From contig NC_043026.1 of assembly GCF_006345805.1 (NCBI RefSeq), positions 310,001 through 374,000 of the forward strand: a stretch of DNA of 64,000 bases, given 5' to 3'. The notes under the pieces are model-generated. The model worked only from the letters and a program-made list of their open reading frames with translations. It was not told where the DNA came from and did not search any database. Both the position numbers and the translations under genes were made by a program. Shown in pieces: positions 1 to 13,380 of the stretch (its first letter is position 1; the number at the start of each line of letters is the position of its first letter). The DNA is from Octopus sinensis. Taxonomy: Eukaryota.

Positions 1-152
1 TGTGTGTGTGACAACAGTTGAAATAAGGGTGATTCTGCGTGCAAACGCCAATCTTGCGCTCTTCCAATTGTTGTATCGAGTAAACGCTCTCTCTCTCTCT
101 CTCTTCCACACGCACATACACACTGTTTCCCTCCCCTTCTTCTCTCTCACAG

Positions 153-217
<65 letters not shown>

Positions 218-249
218 CGTATGTGTGTGTATATATATATATATATATT

Positions 250-283
<34 letters not shown>

Positions 284-771
284 CTTACATACATACAGAC
301 AGACACCAAATATAGCGAAAAGTGCTTTACAGTGTAATCCGGATAGATATAGAAAGAAAGGTAGGCCTAAGATCTCATGGCGTAGATCAACACAGAAGGA
401 ACTAGAGAAAGGGGGACATTCATAGAAGAGTATAAGTACAGAAGTGAAAAATTATGCGACATGGAATTCAACTCTAAGTGGCCTATACTCCGCGTTGGAG
501 GGTTAAAGGCAGGAAAAAAAAACATACGTATGGAGCGAGTGACCAATCAAAGTCATTAATTTCGCATGTTAAACAGATTAATTTCGGTCAAGAGAATTAT
601 GAAGTAAAAATGAGAGTGGACATTAAGCTAACAGTGAAGGAAATACATATTGAATTACCTGGATCTATTTAACTTGATCCATTTATTTTTATTATGTGTG
701 TATGTGCGTGCGTGTGTGGTTGTAAGCGTGTTTGTGTGTAGGTGTGTGCTACATGCTCATTTATTTTACAG

Positions 772-935
772 GTGAAACTGGTGATTTATAAAAACCATAC
801 AGATGTGGTAACTATAATATTTGATGGACGAAATACAACCCTTCAAAGCTGATTCTCTCACGAAAAGTTGAAAAATTCACCGTGGAACGACCTAGCTTCA
901 GCCACCGGAGTTCAATTCTCAATTGAGGGATATCA
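772..935 (+). pseudogene. Orphan exon 3 of a 5'-deleted copy, with premature TGA
   Basis: 164 nt exon with AG acceptor and GT donor; TGG>TGA at 850-852; exons 1-2 removed by a deletion junction at ~300. Confidence 0.85.
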
Positions 936-1569
936 GTATGCAAATATATTTTTCATCATCTTTTATTTTGTTATGTAGAGACCTATAGTGTTAAAAAAAG
1001 TCACTTTACGTACGCTATAGATAAATTTTAACACTATACATTTCGACGCGACACTTTCTGGGGATGAACAACGCATCTCTAGGCTTTCAACATTATATCT
1101 TCATTTATTATAATATACAGAATGCAATTTTGAACTAATACTGCTTCCGCCCGTAATAATGAAATACATCCTGCCTCTTGACTAACAGCAACGCTGGTGA
1201 TTTGTTAATCACTGTTTTTCTATACCGAGGCTAAATAGGTCTGCGCATGCGGTTGTCAATGACTACTTCATATTGATGTTTTGAAAGAAACAGGAATACG
1301 TACAGCGGGAAGACCGAAAATGTCTTGAAAGTCATAACGTACCGACGGGAAATAATATCACTAGGTGAGACGAGCTGACACTGAATCAGCTTCGCTGACT
1401 GACAGGTGACGCTCATTTAGAGAATGCGCGGGCTAAAACTACGCACATTCACTAGTCAGTTAAGGTGAGACAGTGTCACGTGACAACTTTCTGCTGCTTC
1501 CTGCTGGAGCCTCGGGGTCAGTTATTTAAAGGGAGAATTTTGACAAGTCTGTCATTCAACGGCTGACAC

Positions 1570-3169
1570 CGGTTTGGAGTGGTTCGTTTTTTGCGAGCTG
1601 CTGACTGTTCGTTGAGCGTCGAATTTGTTGTTGTTGAACGTTTCGGTTTGAGGTTTTTTTTTATCGTTGTCTGTCTGTGTTGAGACAGACAACGATAAAA
1701 AAGGGACTGCCCCTCCCTAACGGGAGAGATGGCAGGAAGAAATTTGTTTGAAAGTTTGTCGGAATTGTCAACGTCTGAGGAGGAACTAGAAAGAGCAGTG
1801 AAAAGAATGGATAAGAAGCTTGAAAATACGTATGCAGGAGTAACGAAGAAGAAGTCGGAAGAAAAGGGGATAGACCTGGTTAAACTGCCAGGTTTCCAGG
1901 AATTTATGAAAGACGAAGACGGTGAAGTCGAACTGTCACCACCAACAAAGCGTGGGGAGTGGTTCGAACGCAGGACCCTCAAATATAGAATGTAAGATAG
2001 TAAGCATGGAAATTATTGAAGAGGCGCTAAAACAGACAGAGAGAGAAATTGTTTATTTGACAAGAGGAATGGAATACGGTACAGCGACGGTGCAATATAG
2101 GAGCGAGAGTGTCGCAAGAAAAATGGCAGCCAAGGCAGTAAGAACGGAGAAGGTGTACCTACTACCTTTCGTACCTAAACAGGAGAACTACGAGAATTAG
2201 GGTGGAGGGAATTATCCCACACCTAGAGGGAGAATATATAGCAGCAGCTGTGATTAAAGGAAATGAAGAAAAGGTAGACATCCTCCATGCCACCATAAAA
2301 TATGAAGGCTGGAGGGGTGCTACCCTGGACATGAACGTACAGGCGGAGATCAAAACGCTAGAAGGATTAACAGAAGATATAAGAATGGGAAACATCATCA
2401 TGAGAGTGTGGGTGGAGGGCAGGGCCCCGCGCTGTTATAAGTGTGGTCAGAGAGGCCACATAAGAGCCAACTGCCCTCCCCCACCAAAGGAAAAGGAAAT
2501 CGTTGCGGAACCCCAAAAAGAGGAAGAAACGAAAGAAGAAGAGAACCATACAGAAGAAGAGGAGATCCAGCAAGAGTGGGAAGAAGGAAGCAAAAGAAGA
2601 AAGAGAAGAAGGAGAAAAGCAAACAGTACGGAACCCCAATCCACCCCAAAACCACCCTCACCCTCTCAGTCCCACCCTTCCCCTGCAGACAGTGAACCCA
2701 CCAACAAGAAAACAGAAAAAAGATACACACAGTCAAGACACTAAAAAAGAACCCAGGCCCAGCGTTTTATGTATTGCAGGAAATGAGGAGATAAAAGAGA
2801 CAATGACGGACTACCAATGGTGTGATGGGGGAGGGAAAAGATGTGCAGTAATTCCAAAGGAACAATTGGATGAGTTTATGGAAAGGTGCGAAAGGATGAA
2901 CTGGGGAATAATTGAAGTGGATATGGAGGAAGAGATAAAAGAATTGGAAGAGAGATTTGAGAGAAGGATAGAGGTGAAGACATATTTTATTAGGGCTGAG
3001 CAAGACTGAAGAACAGGTAAGTGATGCTAGCGGATGCGGCCGTTAGCACCACTTTCATATATCATTTTCATTGAGTCATTTTACCCATAACTATGTAATT
3101 GTGATGTTCTATGTCCCCAATGTTTGTAGCATCCCCTCTATGTAGCCCTTAGTGCGTAATAAAAAATCA
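1570..3169 (+). mobile_element. Non-autonomous non-LTR retroelement carrying only a frameshifted gag-like ORF1 (L1/Tx1-like; clade uncertain)
   Basis: Absent from the homologous intron-3 site in all other copies. 17 bp TSD (1553-1569 cattcaacggctgacac / 3170-3186 cagtcaccggctgacac). ORF pieces 1729-3009 include the CX2CX4HX4C knuckle CYKCGQRGHIRANC. A-rich 3' end; no endonuclease or RT. Confidence 0.8.
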
Positions 3170-3816
3170 CAGTCACCGGCTGACACTCGCTGACGAAACA
3201 TCGAAGAGGCCAGGGAACAGAAGAAAGAAGACATGCACCCAACACCAGAGCTGAAGACATCCCCGAGAGGGCGGGGGCATTCCGCCACGTCAAAGCGGTA
3301 GCGGAGTAGGGGCCGAAACCGAACGTGGTTCCTCCTGATGATGTCTTGAGATAACTGGATCCTACATAGGGGCTGTTGTGGTAGCACACCACGAAACACG
3401 GTTGTAATTTCTCCTAGCAATTCCACCGCCGACGAAAAAGGTTATTTCTCTATGGCTAATATATTTCCGTATTTTTAACAACACACTTTTATATTAAATG
3501 TTTTCCCGTGACAAACAGCTCAGTTTCCTGGATTTCACATCAAGAAGCATGTTTCAAAGTGGGAAACACGAAAATATATTTTCACCTTAATGTGCTCTTT
3601 TACTTATTTCAGTCATTTGACTGTGGCCAAGATGGAGCACTGCCTTTAGTCGAGCAAATCGAACCCAGGATTTATTTATTGTAAGCGTAGTACTTATTCG
3701 ATCGGGTTCTTTTGCCGAACCGCTAAGTTACGGTTGTCAAGGGATGTTGGGGCGACAAACACACACACACACTAACACACACATACACACACACACATAC
3801 ACACACACACACAAAT

Positions 3817-3847
<31 letters not shown>

Positions 3848-4497
3848 AACATACACATACACACACACACACACACACCTTCACAAATATATATATATAT
3901 ACATATATACGACGGGCTTCTTTCAGTTTCCGTCTACCAAATCCACTCACAAGGCTTTGGTCGGCCCGAGGCTATAGTAGAAGACACTTGCCCAAGGTGC
4001 TACGCAGTAGGACTGAACCCGGAAGCATGTGGTTGGTAAGCAAGCTACTTACCACACAGCCACTTTACCATAATTTTATTTATTTGCATGTGTTGGGTGT
4101 AAATATTTTTATGTTCCGCTATATTAGACCCTGAATCAGTTCAATGCTTCACTCTTGCAACTCCTACGACGACGCTGATAGGAGACTGCAACGTTCCTTG
4201 CTGTTCTTTTGGATCCATCAATGATGCAGAGAGCAGGGACACACGGCTTGGGTAACAACCTGTCCTCCATGCCACAAGAACCAGGCTTGGGTTAAATCGA
4301 ACTCTCTGTACTAGAGGGGTAAAACCGGACAACACAGCGGAGAGAAAGAACCTAAAAACTCAAACAGCATAGGAACAACCTACAAGTGATACTGGCAACT
4401 GAGCATAGATCTGTTCAGACCAGATGAGGCTTTTCCAGTTGGTAGTAATTCTAGGGCCTTCATTCATGACCATTAATAACAGGGATCACAGAATATA

Positions 4498-4660
4498 GGC
4501 GCAGGCAGAGCTGTAAGATTAAGGAGATCGCTTGGTAATCACATGCTTCCCGGTTCAATCCCACTGAGCGGCTACTTGGGCAAGTATCTTCTAGTATTGG
4601 CCCGGCCAACAAATGCCTAGAGAGGGAATCTGGTAGCCGGAAAGTATGTGGAAGCCCTTT
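4498..4660 (+). mobile_element. Diverged SINE family-1-like head followed by (TATC)n (also ~15267-15425, ~25737-25895 +; ~40890-41050, ~52995-53163 -)
   Basis: CCCGGTTCAATCCCACTG B-box and ...GGGCAAGTGTCTTCTA body shared with family 1. Confidence 0.65.
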
Positions 4661-4662
4661 GC

Positions 4663-4738
<76 letters not shown>

Positions 4739-6178
4739 ATCTATCTATCTCTCTATCTCTCTATCTATCTAACTATCTATCTATCTGTCTGTCTGCTTGC
4801 CTGCCTATCTGTCTGCCTGCCTATCTGTCTATCTATCTGTCTGTCTGTCTATCTGTATGTATGTATGTATATATATTTACATACATACATATATATATAT
4901 ATAATATATTTAGCTAGTTAGGTAGCTATGAGAGAGAACAAGGGGAGGGAAACAGTGTGTGTGTGAGGGAGAGAGAGACAGAGAGAGCGTTTACTCGATA
5001 CAACAATTGAAAGAGCGCAAGATTGGCGTTTGCACGAGCAATCACCCTCGTTTCAACTGTTGTCACACACCCACACACTCTAATCTTAACTGCAATATAT
5101 CCTAGCCATAACACGTACCCGAACACACAAAATGCGATGTGATAGAAAACACACTTACTTTCAGTGAGGTAGGGCGGAGAGCGTACACTTCAGGTGGTTC
5201 TGTAAGGACTTCTTGTAAGGATGGTTCGTGAATGTCACAACTTTTTCCCTGCTCCCCTTACTGTCTTTTCCCGTCAATATTACCCTCTATTACCCACAGT
5301 TGTGTCTTCAGATGTCTGAACACTTCGTAACTGTCAGTACTGGCCACTGCTTTCTCTCCTAATTTCTCTTATCAGTATTACTTACAGACTTAGACCTGCC
5401 CATAAATAATCAAACCGTATACTGTCCATAAATGAGCAAAACAGAGAACCATCAACTCAGTTCAAGACTGTTTACTAATATGACTGTTTCTCCACAGAAG
5501 TGATATTAAACCAGATTTTCCAATATGTCTCCTTTGATTGCTATGAAGAATAAAAGGGCCTTCAATAGAGACATGCGTTTCACTAAGCTCGCAGAAAATA
5601 CGGCTGTGTGGTTACTGACGTCGTTCCGATGTTAGCAGTAAGGCTGTTGCGGTGTTTGTGATAGTGACGTTGTAGTTTTAATACCTGGTGATAGCGTGAT
5701 GTGATGTTGGTGTTTCTGTGAGTGGAGATATAAAAGCAGAACAATTGAGGTCGCTATACCGAAGACTTTCATTATAGGAAATCATTGAAATCAATCACCG
5801 TGGATGATGGAACAAGAACATAGTCCTCACCTGTGTACACTCTTAATTACAACCATTGATAGTTCAAATGTCAATAGATAATTTTCTTCATTTCATGAAT
5901 AATAAACACGCAAACAGTTACAGACATCGAAGCATAACACGAACAGTTCTCACCAGTTTCACTCTGCATGTTTTTACATGTATCTTAGGAATTAACGGTC
6001 CTTTATTATAAGGTAATCTATCTATCTATCTATCTATTGCTTTATCAATCTATCTATCTATCTATCTATCTACTATCTATCTATCTATCTAGTTCTCTAT
6101 CTATCTATTGCTTTATCAATCTATCTACTATCTATCTATCTACCTATCTTTCTATCTATCTATCTAACAACTATCTAT

Positions 6179-7003
6179 GTGTGGGTGGCTGAATATGGGC
6201 GTGCATTGTCTTACAATATTAGACATCGGCGTTTGTTATGAATTGCTGGTTTCCCTTTGTTAACCAACATTTCACAGTAGACCCCTTTTAAGGGACAATG
6301 TTGCAATATAGACCCTTTTGCATCCCGCAAAACGCTTAGCATCACGTTTTTCTGCCGAAGGTTGAATCTTGAATTTCTTTTCCACTGGTGATTCGTGTCG
6401 TTTCCGCTTCATACTAAATCTTTTGGATTCTGGCTCAAAGTTATGGGTCCCGATTTCATCAATCGTGTCTACGCTCCCTCAAAACAACTTTAGTTTCATC
6501 GCTGAAGCGTTTGAGTAAGAATTGACAAAGATCCACACGATTGCGCTTATTCACATCGAAACGCTCTCTTGGCGCCCTTCTCGTACTAACTCCGCAGAAC
6601 CGAAGCTTGTCGCGGATGCAGAACCATAATAATTTGCAGAGAATAAGCCATCTCATCAATGGACAATCCTTGGTTCACCAGAAGCATTTCCCTAAATTGT
6701 TGCATCTCCACGTCACTGGTGATGGTTAATGTCTGTCCTTGTTTGTCCCCTCTGTGTTTAGCCCCTTGTGGGTAATAAAGAAATAGGTTAATGGGTGTTC
6801 TTATCACTCCTTGTATTTCACGCTTGTCCGGACATTTAAAACTTCTCGCTCTTCTCGTAAATACTTCTACGCAGTAGAGCCATGTTCCTTTATTGTATTG
6901 AAAGCCTGCGAAGAATAGCAGCCCCTGACACACATTCAGATTAGAGAAGCAGTTTCACTGATCCATATTTTCCCTTGGTGTACACTTCCAGTAGAGCTGC
7001 CAC
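6179..7003 (-). mobile_element. Mariner fragment with a 54 bp SINE-tail insertion
   Basis: Homologous to 38219-38981; extra 6732-6785. Confidence 0.8.
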
Positions 7004-8394
7004 GTTTGTTCTGTAACACAAGAATAGAAACTGGAGAGAGATCAAAGTGAAACGTCGGTCACGAAATCAGAAGAGTACCACCCTTTAACACGCCACTGAT
7101 GAAACTAGAGCGACCAACCGAAAGACTGTTTCTGCGAAACGCCGGATATTGTTTTACTTTCCTTTGTATAATTAGTATCATTGTTCTGATCTATTTGATT
7201 TGCTGAAAGCTTTCCCCCACATCCTCTTTCTTTACTACCCACAAGGGATTAAACACAGAAGGGACAAACAAGGACAGACAAATGGATTAAGTCGATTATA
7301 TCGACCCCAGTGCGTAACTTGTACTTAATTTATCGACCCTGAAAGAATGAAAGGCAAAGTGGGACTCGGCGGAATTTGAACTCAGAACGTAGCAGCAGAC
7401 GAAATACCTCTTTCTTTACTAACCACAAGGGGCTAAACATAGAGGGGACAAACAAGGACAGACAAACGGATTAAGTCGACTATATCGACCCCAGTGCGTA
7501 ATTGATACTTATTTAATCGAACCCGAAAGGATTAAAGGTAAAGTCGACCTCGGCGGAATTTGAACTCAGACGAAATACTGCTAAGGGTTTCGCACGTCGT
7601 GCTAACGTTTCTGCCAGCTTTCCCCAACATCAGAGAGATAAAACCTCATATATCTACGCAAAGGCACAACGCATGCACGTACGCATGGGTGCGCATGCAC
7701 GTATATACGCGCACGCTCGCACACACACACACACACACACATCTCTTTTACATATAGTCTGGACAGTCATGAACTGGAACAACAACAACAGCTCTCAGAA
7801 AGAGAGAAACAGAATCACAACTCAAAAGACAGATATTGGATACAATATTTAGATGGATTCTTTATTAACAGGTAAAACGTGACTTATGTGCATCACCAGT
7901 GGTGGTCAGCTGGATTGGGTGAATGGTAACAACAACAACAGCTGGAATGAGAGAAAGAGAATCACAACTCAAAAGACCGATGTTGGATGGAATATTTGTG
8001 TGGATTCTTTATTAAAAGGTAAAACGTGACTTATGTGGATCACCAGTGGTGGTCAACTGGATTGGATGGACGTTAACAACATCAATAGTATCAATGGATA
8101 TCATATGCTGGGTTAGTTCTGCTGCCTCAGGCGGATGAATATGACCATTGAGTCTGCTAATGCATAACCTGCAAGTAACAAATAACGACATCAACAACAA
8201 AAAGACATTCAAATATATCATGGGAAGGCTTTATACGTGGTCATTCGAATTACTAGAAATAGCAGTCGATTCTCGGTCAGAATGCTTTTATTCATAAATC
8301 AGCTCAATCAAGCTTATTGGTTCCTGAACAATAAGTACAAAATTAACATTTAGTACTACTACTCACAGTAAGACACACACCCACACACACACAC

Positions 8395-8433
<39 letters not shown>

Positions 8434-8866
8434 GAAGATTCAATATCACTTATTGTTGTTCCATATGACTTTCGATTTTGTATCAGAATAACGAATTGAA
8501 GGGTAGTGATCTGTCTCTTCGTACTGACAGTCAAATGGTCCCTCATTGATGGTCAACCAGCCTCTGTCCCCTTCACAAAAACCATGTAATGTTATATAGA
8601 AGCGACGTACATGTCTAAGGAGAAAAAGAAAAAAAAAACTTGTTTGGGTTTCAGAATATGAAAATCTAAACATGTATTAAATAGACTAGTATGTCCGCTA
8701 CACGCAATTGAATTAGTCAGTGTTTAATTAAAAATAGCCATCTGTGTATCATACTAAATGTGTATACACACAAAGATGTGGGTTTAAACACTCACACACA
8801 TAAAAACACACATATGCACTGAAACACGCACACACACACACACACACACGTACGCGCACACACACA

Positions 8867-8904
<38 letters not shown>

Positions 8905-9154
8905 CTCACACAAACACGCAGAAATGCGCAAATGTCAATACACCAACAAAGGCGAAATTACACACGAGGCAAACACTTTGGTACAAAAATAAATAAATCC
9001 ACAAACGGCCACAAACATACGAGCGATAACATTTTCCTGTATTAAACATCTTATCAAAGCGCTAAATAAATATAAAATGAATTCTAGTCAAAATAAATAA
9101 TATAACGGAACATAAAAATATCTAAACCCAACGCATACAAATAAATATAATTAT

Positions 9155-9351
9155 GGTAAAGTGGCTGTGTGGTAAGTAGCTTGCTTACCAACAACATCCT
9201 TCCGGGTTCAGTCCTACTGCGTAGCACCTTGGGCAAGTGTTTTTACTCTAACCTCGGGCCGACAAAAGCCTTGTGAGTGGATTTGGTAGACGGAAACTGA
9301 AAGAAGCCCGTCGTATATATGTATATATATATATATGTGTGTGCGTGTGTG

Positions 9352-9425
<74 letters not shown>

Positions 9426-9582
9426 TCGCCCCAACATCTCTTGACAACCGTAACTTAGCGGTTCGGCAAAAGAGACCGATAGAATAAGTATTAGGCTTGC
9501 AAAAAATAAGTCCTGTGTCGATTTGCTCGACTAAAGGCAGTGCTCCAGCATGGCCACACTCAAATGACTGAAACAAGTAAAT
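9155..9582 (+). mobile_element. tRNA-derived SINE family 1 with internal (TA)/(TG)n (also 19700-20128 +, 30312-30738 +, ~3600-4069 -, 48097-48503 -, ~58892-59332 -)
   Basis: A-box-like GTGGCTGTGTGGTAAG and B-box-like GGGTTCAGTCC; resembles octopus SINEs from memory. Confidence 0.75.
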
Positions 9583-11029
9583 GAGCACATTAAGGTGAAA
9601 ATATATTTTCGTGTTTCCCACTTTGAAACATGCTTCTTGATGTGAAATCCAGGAAACTGAGCTGTTTGTCACGGGAAAACATTTAATTTAAAAGTGTGTT
9701 GTTAAAAATACGGAAATATATTAGCAATAGAGAAATAACCTTTTTCAGCGGCGGTGGAATTGCTAGGAGGAATTACAACCGTGTTTCGTAGTCTGCTACC
9801 ACAACACCTCCTATGTAGGATCCATTAGCTCAAGTCATCATCAGGAGGAACCACGTTCGGTTTCGGCCCCTACTCCTCTACCGTTTTGACGTGGCGGGAT
9901 CCCCCCGCCCTTTCGGGAATGTCTTCAGCTCTGGTGTTGTGTGCATGTCTTCTTTCTTCTGTTCCCGGGCCTCTTCGATGTATCGTCAGCGAGTGTCAGC
10001 CGGTGACTGATAGACTTGTCAAAACTCTCCCTTTAAATACCTACCGCGAGGCTCCAGCAGGGAGCAGCAGCAAGTTGTCACGTGACACTGTCTCACCTTA
10101 ACTGAGTACTGAAGGCGCGTAGTTTTAGCCCGCGTATTCTCTAAACGACCGTCACCTGTCAGTCAGCGAAGCTGATTCAGTGTCAGCTTGTCTCACCAAG
10201 TGATATTATATCCGGCCGGCATGTTATGACTTTCAAGACATTTTCGGTCTTCCCGCTGTACGTATTCCTGTTTCTTTCAAAACATCAATATGAAGTAGTC
10301 ATTGACATCCGCATGCGCAGACCTATTTAGCCTCGGTATAGAAAAACAGTGATTAACAAATCACTAGCGTTGCTGTTAGTCAAGAGGCAGAATATATTTC
10401 ATTATTACGGGCGGAAGCGGTATTAGTTCAAAATTGCATTCTGTATGTTATAATAAATGAAGATATAATGTTGAAAGCCTAGAGATGCGTTGTTCATCCC
10501 CAGAAAGTGTCGCGTCGAAATGTATAGTGTTAAAATTTATCTATAGCGTACGTAAAGTGACATTTTTTAACAATATAGGTCTCTACATAACAAAATAAAA
10601 GAAGATGAAATATATATTTGCATACCTAAATCCCTCAATTGAGAATTGAACTCCAGTGGCTGAAGCTAGGTCGTTCCACGGTGAATTTTTCAACTTTTCG
10701 TGAGAGAACCAGCTTTGAAGGTTTGTATTTCGTCCATCAAATATTATAGTTACCACATCTGTTTGGTTTTTATAAATCACCAGTTTCACCTGTAAAATAA
10801 ATGAGCATGTAGCACACACATACAACCACATACGCTTACAACCACACACGCACGCACATACACACATAATAAAAAGAAATGGCTCAAGTTAAATAGATCG
10901 AGGTAATTTAATATATATTTCCTTCACTGTTAGCTTAATGTCCACTCTCATTTTTACTTCGTAATTCTCCTGACCGAAATTAATCTGTTTAACATGCGAA
11001 ATTAATGACTTTGATTGGTCACTCGCTCC

Positions 11030-11530
11030 ATACGTATCTTTTTTTTCCTGCCTTTAACCCTCCATCGCTGAGTATAGGCCACTTAGAGTTGAATTCCATG
11101 TCGCATAATTTTTCACTTCTGTACTTATACTCTTCTATGAATGTCCCCCTTTCTCTAGTTCCTTCTGTTGATCTACGCCATGAGTTCTTAGGCCTACGAT
11201 ACTTTCTATATCCAGCCGGATTACACTGTAAAGCACTTTTCGCTATATTTGGTGTGTCTTTTATAATTGTGCTACGAATCCACTTCTACTTTTTCTTAAA
11301 TATTTGCTCCCTAATCGAAACTTGATTTGTTCTTTGCCATAGCTCCATATTGCTTATGTGTTCGGGTCATCTAATTTTAAGTATACTACGCAAGCATCTG
11401 TTGATGAATGATTGTATTTGCTGATTTGACGTATCTTCCTATTTCAAAATGAATCATATAATATAATTAATTACACTTTACTTAAAAGTCTCATATGCTA
11501 CCATGATACTATCTGGTATATATCACTTAA
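11030..11530 (-). mobile_element. RTE-type fragment, copy A (also ~21590-22080 -, ~32200-32690 -, ~56935-57425 +; truncated at ~301-515 and ~63762-63975 +)
   Basis: Near-identical to 46130-46630; duplicated with the repeat unit. Confidence 0.65.
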
Positions 11531-12756
11531 CCTTCAATACAGTATGACCTCAAGAACTGGAAGTGTTATGTAAACTTGTTATTTCATAGTATTACTTAAG
11601 ATCTCGTGTTATTGCTTGCCGAGTTGTATGACACAATGTATTAATAATTTTCTGCAATACCCAAATAATACGTTCGTTTTTAGCTCCATTACATGCAGAT
11701 ACACCCCATCCCACAAGCACATACACACACAAACAAACACACACACAAACTAATGAATATGCATACATATATACATGGTGGCTGCCCCCTTGTTATCGAG
11801 TATGGCCATTGCACGAAGCTTAATCAATGTTGTTATCTTGCAATGCCTGTGCAAGAAGATTTTTTATTAAGTGAGGAAGGGCTCTGCACTGAGTCAATCC
11901 CACTCACTAAGCAACAGCAGCCATAATCCGAAAAGAAGAACAAGTCCACATCATCGGTAACCACTGAGCCGCAGGTTTTATATCGGAGTTATCCCACTTA
12001 CCTGAGCTACCTTCTCCTAGAAGGATGCTTTAACAAAGACTAGAAGTCCTTCATTCCCAATGGTTTAACCGCGTGATCGGGTACTCAGTCCGATTATTTC
12101 TATGTCCCCGCGCATGATACATCCTTAATACATTTATTCGATGGCCATTGACTCTCAAGAGTTCCTCCGCCCTTTCACGGGTTTTGTTATTCATCCCGCA
12201 TGGTGTCCAATAAACACCCTCCTCACAAAGCAAGCTTGGTGGGGTTGCCGGTTTACTCGCCGACGGCCCGACTATGCAACAGGCTGTACTCGGTTACATG
12301 TTACCAGTAGCACTCGAAAGTGACCTGACATACATACATACATAAATACAAACGTACACACATGCATATATTCATACAAACGTAACACATGCATACACAC
12401 ACATATATGTATATATACATGCATACACATATATGGATACACACATACATACATGTATGCATATATACATACGTATGTGTATACACATGCACACTAACGC
12501 ACACACATGCGCACAAACAAACAGAAGGAACGCAGCCCTGATAACGGACAGGCTCAATGACTTTTGAAAGACGTAACGGAAATTTTAGAAAAAATAAGTA
12601 AATGAGTGGAAATCGAACCGGTGCGTGTGTTAACTAATAAGGCACTAAAACGAAAATGACTCTCCCCACATACAATAAACTGTGCTTTAACACACGAATT
12701 CACATAAAGAATAACCAAATACAAAAACCATATCTTTCTATCTATCTATCTACTTG

Positions 12757-12792
<36 letters not shown>

Positions 12793-12796
12793 CTTG

Positions 12797-12851
<55 letters not shown>

Positions 12852-12980
12852 GTCTGTCTATTTATCTATCTATCTATCTATCTATCTTTTTCAATCTCTC
12901 CAAGAAGGGAGAGTCTTTCGTTCAAGATAAATATTCTTATTACTGCGGTTTGCCGCAGATAAGATTCTTTACAACGGCGA

Positions 12981-13380
12981 GCTAGCAGAAACGTTAGCAC
13001 GCCGGGAGAAATGCTTAGCGGTATTTCGTCTGCGTTACGTTGTGAGTTCAAATTCCGCCGAGGTCCACTTTGCCTTTCATCCTTTCGGGGTCGATAAATT
13101 AAGTACCAATTACGCACTGGGGTCGATGTAATCGACTTAATACCTATGTCGGTCCTTGTTTGTCCTCTCGGTGTTTAGCCCCTTGTGGGTAATAAAGAAA
13201 TACGTATTTCGTCTGTGGTTACGTTCCGAGTTCAAATTTCGCCGAGGTCGACTTTGCCTTTCATCCTTTCGGGGTCAGTAAATTAAGTACCAGTTATGCA
13301 CCGGGGTCAACGTAATCGACTTAATCCGTTTGTCTGTCCTTGTTTGTCCCCTCTGTGTTTAGCCCCTTGTGGGTAGTAAA
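12981..13380 (+). mobile_element. SINE family 2, head-to-tail dimer in intron 2 (also 23474-23875, 34084-34482 +; 44733-45133, 55535-55935 -)
   Basis: GCTGGCAGAAACGTTAGC A-box, GAGTTCAAATTCC B-box, central GTCGACTTTGCCTTTCATCCTTTCGGGGTCGATAAA, tail AGCCCCTTGTGGGTAATAAAGAAAT. Confidence 0.78.

Noticed and set aside
7040-7150. Hammerhead-like cores (CTGATGA...GAAAC) near the mariner fragment, and at ~47750-47900
   Set aside because: By-hand folding failed to give canonical stems I-III with a cleavable NUH in register. At most these are decayed Penelope-like remnants; an RNAMotif or Infernal search would settle it.
7231-7620. CRISPR-like or other regularly spaced repeat array
   Set aside because: The ~180 bp units are SINE multimers with no unique spacers, in a eukaryotic context.
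9155-9230. tRNA gene
   Set aside because: The A/B boxes belong to SINE heads; there is no complete cloverleaf and the sequence continues into a SINE body.
11005-11325. ~103-106-aa ORF recurring in each unit ([10 protein letters not shown]...)
   Set aside because: It is the antisense frame of the RTE LINE fragment and recurs only because the unit is duplicated.
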